A stretch of DNA of 63,787 nucleotides, the filler included, from Globobulimina sp. (lineage: Eukaryota): NCBI GenBank assembly GCA_003354225.1. It is 53 parts of 53 records of this genome, joined end to end, with 100 filler letters (N's around TTAATTAATTAA, not from the genome) between each part and the next. Parts side by side here need not be neighbours in the genome. Positions count along the whole stretch, not along the records: positions 10,855 to 11,960 come from PIVH01023373.1; positions 12,061 to 13,166 come from PIVH01023374.1; positions 13,267 to 14,372 come from PIVH01023375.1; positions 14,473 to 15,578 come from PIVH01023376.1; positions 15,679 to 16,784 come from PIVH01023377.1; positions 16,885 to 17,990 come from PIVH01023378.1; positions 18,091 to 19,196 come from PIVH01023379.1; positions 19,297 to 20,402 come from PIVH01023380.1; 45 more parts are not named here. The stretch is one strand, 5' to 3'. The position numbers were made by a program, and so were the translations under genes. Below, piece after piece: positions 11,430 through 24,475 of the stretch. Position 1 is the first letter of the stretch. Each line of letters starts with the position of its first letter. Below the pieces are notes generated by a model. The model did no database searches. It was given only the letters and a program-made list of their open reading frames with translations, and was not told the DNA's origin.

Positions 11430-12060
11430 AAATGTGCAAGGATTTGTGAGTTTTTTTTGAAAACATGACTTGAGTATTGCGCGACCAATATATCACGAAT
11501 TATCGATCACATTTTGCTGAATCAAATAAATGACAAATTGCTTGTTATCAATTAAAATTGCAATTGATCAATCCATCAAACCATTAATAGTGTAATTATA
11601 TAAGTAATGGCACATTCCTTAAATGAAGCACAATCGTTAGCAATACGAATACACAACTTTATAGTATGTCAAATCCATGCAAAATGCCACAGTCTCAACC
11701 AAAATTAACAATGAATATGTACATATTATATGGCAAACCATATCGATCAGATATTCGTGTTTCCGAAGTTGATGCCAAATTTGGAGCACTCAAACAATTC
11801 TTTATTAAACAGATACTATTATTTATAAGTTATTATTAAAGGCAGATCTTGATATTTGCTTAGCAGTCCACATATATTTCGCCAAACCTACACAACCTAA
11901 CAAACACCGATTAGATGCATATGTTTCTGAGCCGCCAACAAAAAAGAAAAGAAAAGAAAANNNNNNNNNNNNNNNNNNNNNNNNNNNNNNNNNNNNNNNN
12001 NNNNTTAATTAATTAANNNNNNNNNNNNNNNNNNNNNNNNNNNNNNNNNNNNNNNNNNNN

Positions 12061-13166
12061 ATAATAATGAATGGGATGAATGGCACATTGCAGATGTATT
12101 AGATTCTGATTATTCGTATGAATATTGCACTTTGCAATACTCTGATGACCCAACCACTGGAACTGGTAGTTGTGATAATAAATGGCTGGATGTAAATATG
12201 CGAGTCACATATGGCTCATGTCCAGAATGGGATTGCGATGAGATCACAACGTCATGGCCAAATACTCACAATTGTGGAGCTACATTTGATATACATGTTG
12301 CACCCAATGTATATAGAGCATCATCTAATGGCATATACTTTTATTATGAACATCAGACTGGTCAGTTTATTTGTAATGATGTTCATACAACAGGTTGTGA
12401 TGCAGTTGCTCTCTGGGCTTTGTCACAGAAACCTTGGGCGGAATTATTGAAAGGGACAAGTATTGATGTAGACTTTTATGGCCAGGGAGTAAAGACACTG
12501 TATTGTATGGGTATGTATGCATGTATTCATTCAAAACCAGTAACAGTTGATATTTGTAAAGGATATACCACGTCGCCAACAACCACTAACTATCCAACAA
12601 CGATGTTACCCACCACAACAATACCAACTTCATCAATGCCGACTACATCACCAAGCACTGCAATGCCGACTACTCTAACTCCGACTACTTTAACTCCGAC
12701 TACTCTCACTCCAACAACTGTGATACCAACGACTAACACACCCACCACAGCAATACCTACAATTATTCCAACACTTGTTCCAACGATTACTAATGCGCCA
12801 AGTACGCATATTCCAACAACAGATTTTCCAAATACAGCAACTCCGACCACTAATGAAGGTATTGTAATATCTCAGATTCTAAATATGATTTTGTTAATGT
12901 TAATATTTTAGAGCAAGTATCCCATTCGCAAAACAACCAAAAGTCCTTCGTTATCATACTTATTTGTATTGTACTGATATTCATATTAATTTCCTGCGCA
13001 ATAATAGTATACGTATTTATTCAAAAATTTATTCAAAAACAAAATAAAAACAAAGCAACAGAAAATAAATTAAATAATATTGAGTTGGCTCCGCAGGTAA
13101 ACAATGTGGGCAACATTAACATTGATGATATAGATATTATTTTTTATGTAACGCCATCAGATGCAT
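12061..13166 (+). CDS. Spliced cell-surface protein with Cys-containing ectodomain, mucin-like PT(T)x repeats and TM helix, partial
   Basis: Thr/Pro pentapeptide repeats 12570-12850; putative introns near 12510 and 12860; hydrophobic segment near 12950-13020. Confidence 0.65.
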
Positions 13167-13266
13167 NNNNNNNNNNNNNNNNNNNNNNNNNNNNNNNNNN
13201 NNNNNNNNNNTTAATTAATTAANNNNNNNNNNNNNNNNNNNNNNNNNNNNNNNNNNNNNNNNNNNN

Positions 13267-14041
13267 TTCGAAGTCGCCAGTGATGTCTATAGACACTGAG
13301 TTCTATGTAGAATTTGCAATTTATATACTTTTTATATGTTTTGAGTTAGCAATTAAACTCAACTTTGCATCCAATTTTGTTTGGTATGTGATTAAAATGG
13401 CCATCCATCCACCATTTGGGATGGGATAAGCGAGCCATAAAGGTATCATTTTTGATGGATAGGGTGAGTTTGGTTTGTAACAAACTCTCTTGATATTGCA
13501 TCTGTTGATGTTGTGAGCCAATGCTGAATGAGTTGCTGCCGTATTTAGGGGTAAAGGGTGCTTGTTTAATGATATTTGCATATTGTTTTGGTGAGGAGGC
13601 AGAGGCGTAGACTACATTGTTGTTTTCAGGAATATTTTTGAGGGACGGATTTGTAGAGGCTTTGCCTTTGATTTTCTCAAATGAGGTTTTTCTAACTGGG
13701 TTGGTGTCGATATAACCATCAGTTATATTATTATTTAGACTGCCATTATTTAATATATTTATGATTGGCTCGGATTTTCTTTTTCCAACTTTACGTTGCA
13801 TTTGCGATGTTTTTTTGACAATTTTCCGAGCAGAATGGATGGATATAGCCCATTCTTGGGATAATTGTTCGTCGTCTTTGCTCAGTAATTGTTTACCGGA
13901 TAATGGAGATTCTTCAATTGAATCTAAATCATCTTGACTTAGGCCAAGTTTATCATTGTGTTTGGCGATCCATGTATAAACTTCAAATGATGACCATTGG
14001 CTCACTTGGTTGGTAGGACTTGGTGGGATTTGCAATGACAT
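13267..14041 (-). CDS. SAM-domain protein, spliced, partial
   Basis: VSQWSSFEVYTWI...LSGKQLLS SAM signature; likely intron near 13290-13347. Confidence 0.7.
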
Positions 14042-14544
14042 TGCAGGATGGTGTCAACTTACACCAAAAACTCGTAGAAAACATAGAATTATATAAAATA
14101 AAGCTCGCGTTTTTTAAAGATCTAGTCATCCCTCAACGTCACGAAAATTGTCATTGGGTGAAAGGATATAAACTGATTAAACACAATGTAAAACGTACAA
14201 TTTGTATAATTATAAAGTAAGTAAGGAATATATGCTTGCATGTACAACATTGATGCCGCAAAGAACACAAAAACCACACAAACACTCACTCACTCATTAT
14301 GTAATATGAATTTATGTTTATATAGGAAGTAATGAACCATTTTTCAACCTTACATATGTTTGAAAATCATTANNNNNNNNNNNNNNNNNNNNNNNNNNNN
14401 NNNNNNNNNNNNNNNNTTAATTAATTAANNNNNNNNNNNNNNNNNNNNNNNNNNNNNNNNNNNNNNNNNNNNTAGATTTTTGAGGCACATTCCCGCTGTG
14501 AATATGTGTGATTTAAGATTATTTATATGTGTAATGTGTATATT

Positions 14545-15030
14545 TTAGGGGATGGTACCTGCACAGTCTCCGCCTAATATTCGTAATGGTGTGGTGGGGA
14601 ATTCATAGCTATCATACCCCCAATACCATTTATCGAAAATGCAATCGAATAAAGAGTCTTGGAAACACGTTAAGAATACCTTGACGCTGCTACCTTTTAC
14701 GGGCAATGTTTCCGCCAATACCCAACCATTATCCTCGTGGAGGTTGTAGAGTTTAAATAAATACTGTTCTTTAGCACTGTATCCAGTATCACCGAAATTT
14801 AAATGTTCATAGATTGGGGCGGAGGTGTTTACAAAATCGTCGTCGAGGACTATTCCTTGTAGGTCCATTTTGTTGTACGTACCCATTAATATTCGTGGAT
14901 CGCGGTATTGGTCATAATCTGCTTGGACATCGCCAATTACACAAACGGATGGGGGGTAGTTGACTTTCGAGAGTGTGTTTGATAGATGGAGGCTATAGAA
15001 AAGTACTGTATATATTGTTGCCGTTGTCAT
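14545..15030 (-). CDS. Secreted/surface protein, first exon
   Basis: ATG plus signal-peptide-like N-terminus; Cys/Trp-containing domain. Confidence 0.55.
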   Translation of the reverse strand: MTTATIYTVLFYSLHLSNTLSKVNYPPSVCVIGDVQADYDQYRDPRILMGTYNKMDLQGIVLDDDFVNTSAPIYEHLNFGDTGYSAKEQYLFKLYNLHEDNGWVLAETLPVKGSSVKVFLTCFQDSLFDCIFDKWYWGYDSYEFPTTPLRILGGDCAGTIP

Positions 15031-15491
15031 GTTGTTCGTTGTGCGCTGTTAGGCGTACGTCGAAAAACATTTCTCACTGCAGTCTGATATGCAATGTGCA
15101 GTCTGTTTTTTTGCTTTGTTTCACCTTATGCTGTGCAGCAATTTTATTGATAGCTCTATGAATGCTAAAAGAAGCAGAATTGAACATACTGCATTAGATT
15201 CTTTGTTTGCAGCAGACTGCCAACACATCATTAAAGGAATTCCGATTAGAACCGAATTAACCTTATTTTTAAATAAAAATTTAACCGAAATATCAGAGTT
15301 TTTGCTGAAAGAATGTTTGGAACGATTTAATGAATTATATGGACAAAACAATGGAAATGTGATGATGAGTCAACAAACTTATAATTATAATAAACAAGTG
15401 AAGTACCCGCTGGCTAGCCAGCGGATCAGTTTAATTTTTACTCACACTCTATTAATTAATTCGTTTGATGCTTTTTAGTGTTGATGATTAG

Positions 15492-15578
15492 CCCGATGCA
15501 TATCCCGATGTATTTTAGTGTCGATGTCTATCCCGATGTCTATCCCGATGTCTATCCCGATGTCTATCCCGATGCCTA
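15492..15578. repeat. 12-bp tandem repeat (CCCGATGTCTAT)n
   Basis: About 4 near-perfect and 2-3 degenerate copies at the contig end. Confidence 0.9.
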
Positions 15579-15678
15579 NNNNNNNNNNNNNNNNNNNNNN
15601 NNNNNNNNNNNNNNNNNNNNNNTTAATTAATTAANNNNNNNNNNNNNNNNNNNNNNNNNNNNNNNNNNNNNNNNNNNN

Positions 15679-16137
15679 TGATCTGAATGTATATTTTTTT
15701 CTTCCAACTTTCACCACAATTTGATATTTCTTGATATCCAGTTTTAACCGTAATATAGATTCATTGAATACAATTGAACGTAAAGGGCAAATAGCTTCAT
15801 CTGTAAACCAATACAATGTATCTTTTTTGAATACAAACGTATATAATTTAGATCGAACCATACCACCGTTAAATTTTAACTTATACAATTTACCCATTTT
15901 CCATGGTATATTGGAGTTATATTTAGATTTTGGAGTGCATAATATTGCTTTTGAAGGATGCAAACAATATAACACTGAATAAATGTCTGCAATTGTTTCA
16001 ATTATTGTCTTTGGCATATTATTGTTGCGTACATATCCAAAAACCAACAGTTCTATTGATTTTACTGATGATTTATCAGCAAATGCATCCGTTTCGAGTT
16101 CACTTGTAATTAATTGTAATCTGGAACTACCTAACAT
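15679..16137 (-). CDS. PH-domain protein, partial
   Basis: KMGKLYKL...YTFVFKKDTLYWF...KKYTFRS beta-strand pattern of a PH domain. Confidence 0.55.
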
Positions 16138-16180
16138 TATTTACAGACTGAAGTTTTCATCGGAAAAGATTTACTGGATC

Positions 16181-16784
16181 ATGGCGTCACAAGCTCAAAT
16201 ACTAGCCATCATTGTCTCATACCTAGTTCTGATCCAGCACACCAACTCTGATACCATTCAATGTCCAGCTACTAGCACTGAATGCAATTGTCCAACCGTC
16301 GGCACGCCACAACCATGCACATTATTGTGCAACAATGTGGATGTTTGTCAAACTATGACATTAAACTGCAGAGCTGGTGATCCATGTTCTATCAACTGCC
16401 ATAATGCAGGCTCGTGCACAGACGCAACCATCAACGCAAACTCAGCAACAGATGTCAACCTAATATGTGATGGTTACCACGCATGCAAAGATATAAAAAC
16501 AATCTGTGGTGCTGGCGACTGCACATTACACTGCAACACCAATACACAAAGTTGTTTCGACATCGATTCTGTTGATGCAACACTGGCAAAGTCTTTCCAA
16601 TGCACTGGATTTTGTCCAGTTGATGGCACATTACCAGCACCATTCTATGCACCAACAGCAACACCAACATTATCACCAACTATACCACCATCAACACATA
16701 CAATATCACCGACGTTATATCCCACTGCATCACCCACTTCACATCCATCCATACCACCTTCCCATACCCCGACTGAAGTTCCTT
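16181..16784 (+). CDS. Secreted Cys-rich repeat protein with Pro/Thr stalk, partial
   Basis: Signal peptide MASQAQILAIIVSYLVLI, repeated C-x-x-x-C-x5-C units, PT repeats. Confidence 0.8.
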
Positions 16785-16884
16785 NNNNNNNNNNNNNNNN
16801 NNNNNNNNNNNNNNNNNNNNNNNNNNNNTTAATTAATTAANNNNNNNNNNNNNNNNNNNNNNNNNNNNNNNNNNNNNNNNNNNN

Positions 16885-17830
16885 AAGTGTCAAATGTAAC
16901 ATCATGGCTTTGGTTGTTTACAAATACAAAGTCATGCGATTGGTTCGTGCTGTTCATGCTTTTGTATATCCGACCACCGCATTGTATATCGATAAGATTG
17001 TCCATATCAAACGTGGCAGTATCCTCTAGAAAGGAGCAGGAAACGCTTAAAGTGTAAGTGTTAGCTTTGTCAGCTTCGTATGGCGTAATATAAATTCCAT
17101 AGGTTTCTGGCAGCATGGTCGGAATGGTGAAGTTTTCTGTATATTCTCCATAATCACAGTTACCGCAATAATCTCCGCCTGGGCAATAATAATCTGAAAT
17201 CATATAATTGTGTACAATGTCGTAGACAAATGTGAGGACATCACCCGTACTGCCGCAAGTGTCGATTGTCACCGTTGCTAAGTTATTTATTATAAGGCCA
17301 TATTGCTGCTGCCCTTCAGTGATGGTGTTGTATACCGTGTCGCCACAATATAATGCATTTGACGCTGTAGTGGTATAATATATGTTTGTAGCATTTGGCG
17401 CATTTGTATTATTCGCGTAATTGTTGCAGGTTACAGTTAAATCATAACTGGGATTTTCACCGATAATAAATGGATTTATTGTAATTCGATATATGCTGCG
17501 TACCATATTTGGAATTGTAAAGTTTTCTGCAATTTTGGTATTATTATCATTGCATAATCCGCACGAATCATCATCATCGCCATATATACCAATACAATAT
17601 GGATTTGAGACAATTGTGTCTAAATTATGATAAACATTAATTCGTACATCGCCGCTGCTGCCACAAGTCTCAAACCTTACATTAAATGTATTATTAATGG
17701 CAAAACGATATTCGTCAACAGTACCACTAATGGTATTGGATAATGTGTCCCCACAATGTATGTCAATCTGCAGAGACATTGTGTTTTTAAAGAAATAATA
17801 TATCAATAGAAATATAATCAGCTGCGGCAT
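16885..17830 (-). CDS. Secreted protein with tandem PPC-like beta-sandwich repeats, partial
   Basis: Signal peptide; three repeats of CG(D/G)...(F/I)(E/D)TCGS.GD...ENFTIP. Confidence 0.7.
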
Positions 17831-18646
17831 TGTGCGAATTTGCGGATGATTAGACAAAGTGCATTTAAGTGACGTGTTAACTCATTTTTGGGTACACCAA
17901 ATTTTGCCTGTCAAAAAAGCAATCCTCAGCTCTACTGTGTTTAGATACAAAAGCAGTGGCCAAACAGTAAATATACTGTTTGGCAAACAGNNNNNNNNNN
18001 NNNNNNNNNNNNNNNNNNNNNNNNNNNNNNNNNNTTAATTAATTAANNNNNNNNNNNNNNNNNNNNNNNNNNNNNNNNNNNNNNNNNNNNAACCATCATC
18101 AAAATCAACCAAATCCGCAACCGTATCAAAATGAGCAGCAAACGTTTGCGCGAGGAATTGTTGATCCGTATCAATTAGTCATACAACAACAATTACTCCA
18201 GAAATTCCAAAGCAAACCGAATTCGAAGCAAATCCAACGCAAACCACCTACACATAAACACCACGTTCATGCTATGAGTGAAGCTGAACAAAAAGAAGAA
18301 GGTGAAGGCATATGTCACCATTATTATGACGAAGGACAGCCGCCATTATCGCCAAAAAAAGGTATTTCTATTTCTTTTTTTTTTAGCACAAACCTAATAT
18401 CATTATATTTTATTAATAGTAAAAATCCGCAATGCTTTAATCGATTTAGGATTTACTTATAAAGACTTTGAAGAAGAGGTGCTCGCAGCAAACACCACCA
18501 AGCAAGCAATCGATATAATATATGGCAAAAAATATGCTGTAGCATCTACGGTGGCATCCCGATCAAAAATTAAACACTATGTCTGTATGGTGGATAAAGA
18601 AAACAAAGATTGGAAATTGGTATCAATTATTCAGAATAATATAATA

Positions 18647-19196
18647 TTATATATTATATCGCGTTTCTTTAAAAAACTTTGTGAAATATTGTCCGTTCCT
18701 TTGTTGTGCATTCTTATCTAAATTATTAAAACGTTTTAATTTTTGTTTGTTTTATCACGAAATTCAAAGTTCAACACATTAGCTACAACCTCGCAGACTC
18801 GCAGTGGTACCGTCATATATTACCAATATAACATGTTTTGTCCATACCTGTTATGATTGGTTGATTGTTGATTTGTGTGATTTCTTTAATTGTTTACGTT
18901 TTGTTGCTTGTAATACCATGATTTTTAAATACCTGCTATGATTTGCATGAGACAGTTGAGTCAATAAATGTTTGTCTGTTTTCAATGACTTTTCATAATG
19001 ATTCATTATGTTTTGATATATAACATGTACATTTCATCATTGTTGCAATCACAACTATTTTATTACAAGGAACGGAATTAAATATTTTAAGCGCGCGTTA
19101 TATATTATATCGCGTTTCTTTAAAAAACTTTGTGAAATATTGTCCGTTCCTTTGTTGTGCATTCTTATCTAAATTATTAAAACGTTTTAATTTTTG
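18647..19196. repeat. Exact 99-bp direct repeat (18647-18745 and 19098-19196)
   Basis: Identical TTATATATTATATCGCG...TTTTAATTTTTG; the second copy ends at the contig edge. Confidence 0.9.
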
Positions 19197-19635
19197 NNNN
19201 NNNNNNNNNNNNNNNNNNNNNNNNNNNNNNNNNNNNNNNNTTAATTAATTAANNNNNNNNNNNNNNNNNNNNNNNNNNNNNNNNNNNNNNNNNNNNGTTA
19301 ATAATAAAATGTTAAAGGTAACATTTAACTTTTTGCTTTTCAGTTTGAAATTACTGTTTTTTACTGTAAACTCTTTGAATTTACAGTTTTTTACAGATTA
19401 TTCAAAATAAAAACACTGAAAGTCAAAATTGAATTGCTCTTTGTTACCCATATTTTACGATCTAGAATGTTTTTGCTGTCAATTCTCAAAAAGGCAAAGT
19501 TTTTTCTCTTTAGTGTGTGATCGAGTGACGCATGAAATTATATATTTATTGTACAAATGTTAAAAACCTATCTTATTATCCTTGCACATAAAATCATGGA
19601 CAACTAATAATGTTGTTGTTAAAGTCAATTACATT

Positions 19636-20402
19636 CTATTTTGTTTGGCGTGATACTTTTTTATACCAACTTTGTTGTGTCTGTATATAATTAATTTTAT
19701 GTTTTATGTTTTCTATTTTATAAATATGGACAAAACTTCACGTAGAGCTTGCTCAAATTGTGATATCATATTTTCTAAATTAGCAAAATTGCATTCAAAT
19801 AAGGTCTTTTCAAATGATATATTAATATTATTATTATTATTATTACTGTCATTAATATTTGCTTGTTGACCATCATCAGCTTTCTTTTCATCAGAATCAG
19901 AATCAAATGTGCTATCTATTGTTTTTTTATTAGTTGCTGATGTTTGTAATTGACACAAATAAATAGGATCAACTCTTCGATGTAACGCACGACTTGAAAT
20001 TTGTACATCCAATCTCCAATCAAATTGATGGTATCGTGATGTATCAATCTTAAATTGTCTCAATACATCACGTAAAGTGGCATGCACACTTTGGTAATAT
20101 GTATAAATGGCTGTCGATGCTTCTTTTGTTAATTTCATTGGAATTAAAGTTTCTTTATATATTTTCTCTGAGACAACATACACAGAGCCTGAGGCCAACA
20201 TTGTTAATATTTGAGCCAATGCACGAACTGTATTTTTTACAATGTCTTCATCGTGTTCCAATTGCAAAGATTTTGCTGCTTTCGATATGCGAGATGTATT
20301 CTCACCATCGATTATTGCTTTTACTGCCTCTTTACATAATCTCGGCAAATCTGGTGTTGTTGTTGTGGTTGCTTTAGAATTTGTATTTATATTTCTAAGT
20401 TA
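19636..20402 (-). CDS. COMMD2: COMM domain protein, COMMD2-like; exons <20402-19737 and 19680-19636
   Basis: FDWRLDVQISSRAL and FECNFANLENMISQFEQALRE COMM motifs; phase-0 intron 19681-19736 gives C-terminus TQQSWYKKVSRQTK*. Confidence 0.8.
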
Positions 20403-20502
20403 NNNNNNNNNNNNNNNNNNNNNNNNNNNNNNNNNNNNNNNNNNNNTTAATTAATTAANNNNNNNNNNNNNNNNNNNNNNNNNNNNNNNNNNNNNNNNNN
20501 NN

Positions 20503-21608
20503 AGAGACACACCAGAAGATCCAACACACGCTCATCTTTGTAATTATCCCTCTGCTATCAAAATAATATGGGATACGTCTGGATATCAAAGAATCCCAAC
20601 ATTGGGCGCCTCCATTGGTTTTATTGATGTGTTGGATGAAATATATGTGGGATTTAATGGTTTGTATCTACATATTTATGTCACTGATATTATATTAAAT
20701 TAATTAATGTTTATGTTTGTTTGCATTGCAGTAATAATATATTCATGGCCCACTCATCCATCTAACTTCGGCAATATACTCCGTATCGGCAATAGTGATA
20801 TTTTAAGATGTCCAGCAATTGGGGTAACTATGCAAGATGTTGCAAATCCAAAATTCCATTTTTCCTTTTCCCGAATAGCAAATTGGTCGCTTTCGAATTC
20901 GCAAAATTCAGCACCAATTGAATTGAATACATCATATAATATTCAACTGTATGTGACACAGAATCGTTTTCAATTAGTTTAGTATTAAAATATATTTATA
21001 ATATGTTGAATACATCTGTACCGCTGATGTGAATACGCAGTCATTGGATAATCTTACTTTTTATGATAATGTCGCCGATTCTCATTCCATTTTATTTGAT
21101 CAGAACATATATTTAGCAAATCCAGAACATGAAGCAGTGGATTGCACGGTATCAAATTTGAAAATAAGCACTTCGAATTTGCATATTCCGAATGGTTTCA
21201 ATTATCTTTGTGATTACAGCAACAGATTCAGTGTAATCAAAGGAGATTGGTCCATTGATGCCGCAAATTGTATTTTACATCAAAATAATGCAACTGGCAA
21301 AGGAAATGTTGTGTGGTTGGGAGATATTGATAGTTCGTCATTGCTTTGGACAGATTATGCGGTGGAAATAGTTTTTAATATTGCATCCGGACAGGCTGGC
21401 GGTATACTAATACGCTCGCAATCTGTCTCTGCATTCAATAACGGCGGTAAACAATACGATTTTTATTTAGATGTTCTCAATAAACGCATAAGAATGTTAC
21501 AACTGGATAACGATATAATAACTATGTTGCATTCTTATGCCGTCGACATGGCCCTAACACTGGTTTATGGAACTGATTATACATTACGCGTGGAAGCAGT
21601 GGGTGACA
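20503..21608 (+). CDS. Spliced extracellular protein with concanavalin/LamG-like (DUF1080-like) beta domains, partial
   Basis: Introns near 20660-20731 and 20977-21040; WTDYAVEI...GGILIR...YTLRVEAVGD. Confidence 0.55.
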
Positions 21609-21708
21609 NNNNNNNNNNNNNNNNNNNNNNNNNNNNNNNNNNNNNNNNNNNNTTAATTAATTAANNNNNNNNNNNNNNNNNNNNNNNNNNNNNNNNNNNN
21701 NNNNNNNN

Positions 21709-22814
21709 CGTCATCCTTAATAACAATATCTTCCTTTTTCATTTTATAACTGCCCATATCTTGCATCGACGACTTACTTTTGCTTTCATGGTCATCCGGA
21801 GCCACATTCAGAGCCATATTCGCATCGTACTCCATGCGATCGCTGTCATTGTATATATTGACGCTCGCCGTGGCATTGTTGGTGCAATTACTTCGTGTCA
21901 CGGTCACTGTGCTCGTATTCGTATCGTGCCTCGCTCGATTAACAATATTCATATTCCCAGTGAGCTCCGTCGTGCTTTCATCCCCATCGATATCCACCGC
22001 ACCATCCATGTCATCATACACATAATTTTTATTATAATTCATTATGTTATTCACATGCTCGTAGCCGTCAAAAACAGCCGATTTGTTCGCTAAATGTTGG
22101 TATTGCTGCATGGTTACTTGTTGCTGGTGCATGGGGGACATAATATGGGTGACACCGTCCATTACACCGTCGTCGTCATCGTCAGACTCCGTGGACTCGC
22201 TCTCCGTGTTGCCAGTGCCCATATTTTCGCGATGCTGTCGGTACGCGGCATATTGCATTCTGTCCGGACTCGCTATGGGCACGGACGTGGACTGCGATAT
22301 GGTGTGGAATTTACGCATTTTTTCGTCGTGTTGGCGGATTAGTTTTTTTGTCTGATAACGGCTGCAAAACCATATAAACGCACAGAAGCACGGAGTGATT
22401 ATGCATATGCATACAAATAATATTATGAGCCACGTCAAGTTATTGTCTTCGTATAACCACTGATCCAATGGGTCAGTATGCGACATTATTACCTTTTCGT
22501 CGGTGTCGTCGTCTTGTTCCTCTACCAATGTATCGGTGCTCTGTACAGTGGTGGTTTTTATAGATGGTGCATTTGATGGGCGTATGGTTGGGTATTTAGT
22601 TGGGACGGTGATGAAATCAAATATAATCTGAATGTTGTCTGGTGATATGACAATGGCGTACAATGTGTGGAGTGCATGCAATATGTCTCGAGATAGTGTG
22701 GTATTTGCATAGTGGTTTAATTGCATGGCGTTTGTGATGAGATTGGTGGTATATTTTGAGTTGATTGTAATTTCGCAGATTGCATTTTTATTTGTGTGGA
22801 ATTGGGTTACTTTA
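21709..22814 (-). CDS. Single-pass membrane protein with PT stalk and acidic cytoplasmic tail, partial
   Basis: Long ORF; TM helix WLIILFVCICIITPCFCAFIWFC. Confidence 0.7.
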
Positions 22815-23649
22815 NNNNNNNNNNNNNNNNNNNNNNNNNNNNNNNNNNNNNNNNNNNNTTAATTAATTAANNNNNNNNNNNNNNNNNNNNNNNNNNNNNN
22901 NNNNNNNNNNNNNNGATTCCTCCTGTTCAAAGAGATGCAATCGGATTATTTGTTGAAAATATTATGCATGTATTATATTATTATTTGTTGAAAATAACGG
23001 GTATGTTTTCATGTATTGGACTCATTGAAAATCACAAAAATGAATATTTTGAATGTGATTTCATGTGATTTGGGTTAGTATGTGATTTAAATGTGATTTT
23101 GATGGTATTTGGAGTAATTTTTCATTTTCAAATCATGGCAATCTGTTAAAGTTATTCGTGTATTATTATATTGATTGTTATGATGACAAACGGCGTGTAC
23201 AGAGCACCACATATTTATGTATGGAATATGGCATTATTTTGATGATTATTCACAAATAAAAGCTCTGTCAATAGCTAGATTCATGATTTGTTTTTGTTGT
23301 TTTTCTAATATTTGTCTACCATCAATATCACTTTTCTGATATTAGAAAATGATTAGACAAATTTCGAATATCACCAGAAAACAATTTGAATTTGAAAATG
23401 GTCTGTAAATGTTAGAAAATGATCAGAAAAACGATTTGCTCAGAAAATAATTCTAATATCATTTTATGTCCAGAAAACGGTCAGAAAATGTTTTTCTAAG
23501 TCAGACTTTGAAAATGCTGCAGCTTTGGTTGTAGCTCCAAAACGAGACACAAGTAAATTAAAACATTTTGTTTTTTGCATCTTTAATCATGGATATCATG
23601 CAATTATTATGGATTGATTAGGTGCATTATATGATGGTTTTATGAATGT

Positions 23650-23699
23650 ATATGCATTTGTTCTCATATAACTTTGATTGTATGAGAACAAATGCATAT
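23650..23699. repeat. Perfect 19-bp inverted repeat with 12-nt loop
   Basis: ATATGCATTTGTTCTCATA (23650-23668) / TATGAGAACAAATGCATAT (23681-23699). Confidence 0.9.
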
Positions 23700-24120
23700 G
23701 AGTGACAATTTTGATTCAGCGTTTGGTGACAATTTTGATGGAGCTTTGATTGTATTTCAATGTAATGATGTTTCTGAAGTTGAAGAATTCGCAAAAAATG
23801 ATCCATATGTAAAGCTTTTCATAAAAAAGCAATCCATAAAAATGATATGCTTTACAGTTTCTTGACACAAAATAAGATTGAGTTTCATCAATAATTTTGG
23901 TCATATCACCTATACTTCCTTTTGTTTTCCGTTGTTGAGTATTTCAAAAAACGGACAATGGATTAACTGGAAAGGCCGATGGATTTGGAGGGTAAAAGTG
24001 ATTGGGTTTTGTTGTAAATGNNNNNNNNNNNNNNNNNNNNNNNNNNNNNNNNNNNNNNNNNNNNTTAATTAATTAANNNNNNNNNNNNNNNNNNNNNNNN
24101 NNNNNNNNNNNNNNNNNNNN

Positions 24121-24450
24121 TTGTAATTTCAGTTTCAAACTGAAAATCCATGCAAACACATTTCAATTCCAGTTTCAAACTGAAAATATACATAAAATCA
24201 ATTCAGTTTGAAACCGTGAATTGATTTTATTACTTTGGTATAGTAATGATACGCCGGCGGCGGCTTCGCCGCCTCCGCCTGCGTATCATTACGATTTCAA
24301 TCTGAAAAAATCAATTCACAGTTTCAAACTGAATTGATTTTATGTATATTTTCAGTTTGAACTGGAATTGAAATGTGTTTGCATGGATTTTCAGTTTGAA
24401 ACTGAAATTACAATTTGTTTGTATGCATTTTCAGTTTGAAACTGAAATTT
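24121..24450. mobile_element. Foldback/MITE-like element built from TTCAGTTT(G/C)AAACTGAA units, with a central GC hairpin, located in an intron
   Basis: Arms ~24121-24228 and ~24307-24413 are near-perfect reverse complements; centre GTAATGATACGC...GGCGGC-TTC-GCCGCC...GCGTATCATTAC (24243-24292); splice acceptor TACAG at 24471-24475. Confidence 0.75.
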
Positions 24451-24475
24451 AATCAATTTATAATATAATATACAG

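Noticed and set aside
15983-16180. 5' extension of the Cys-rich ORF overlapping the PH gene
   Set aside because: The signal peptide begins at ATG 16181; the upstream part is antisense to the PH ORF
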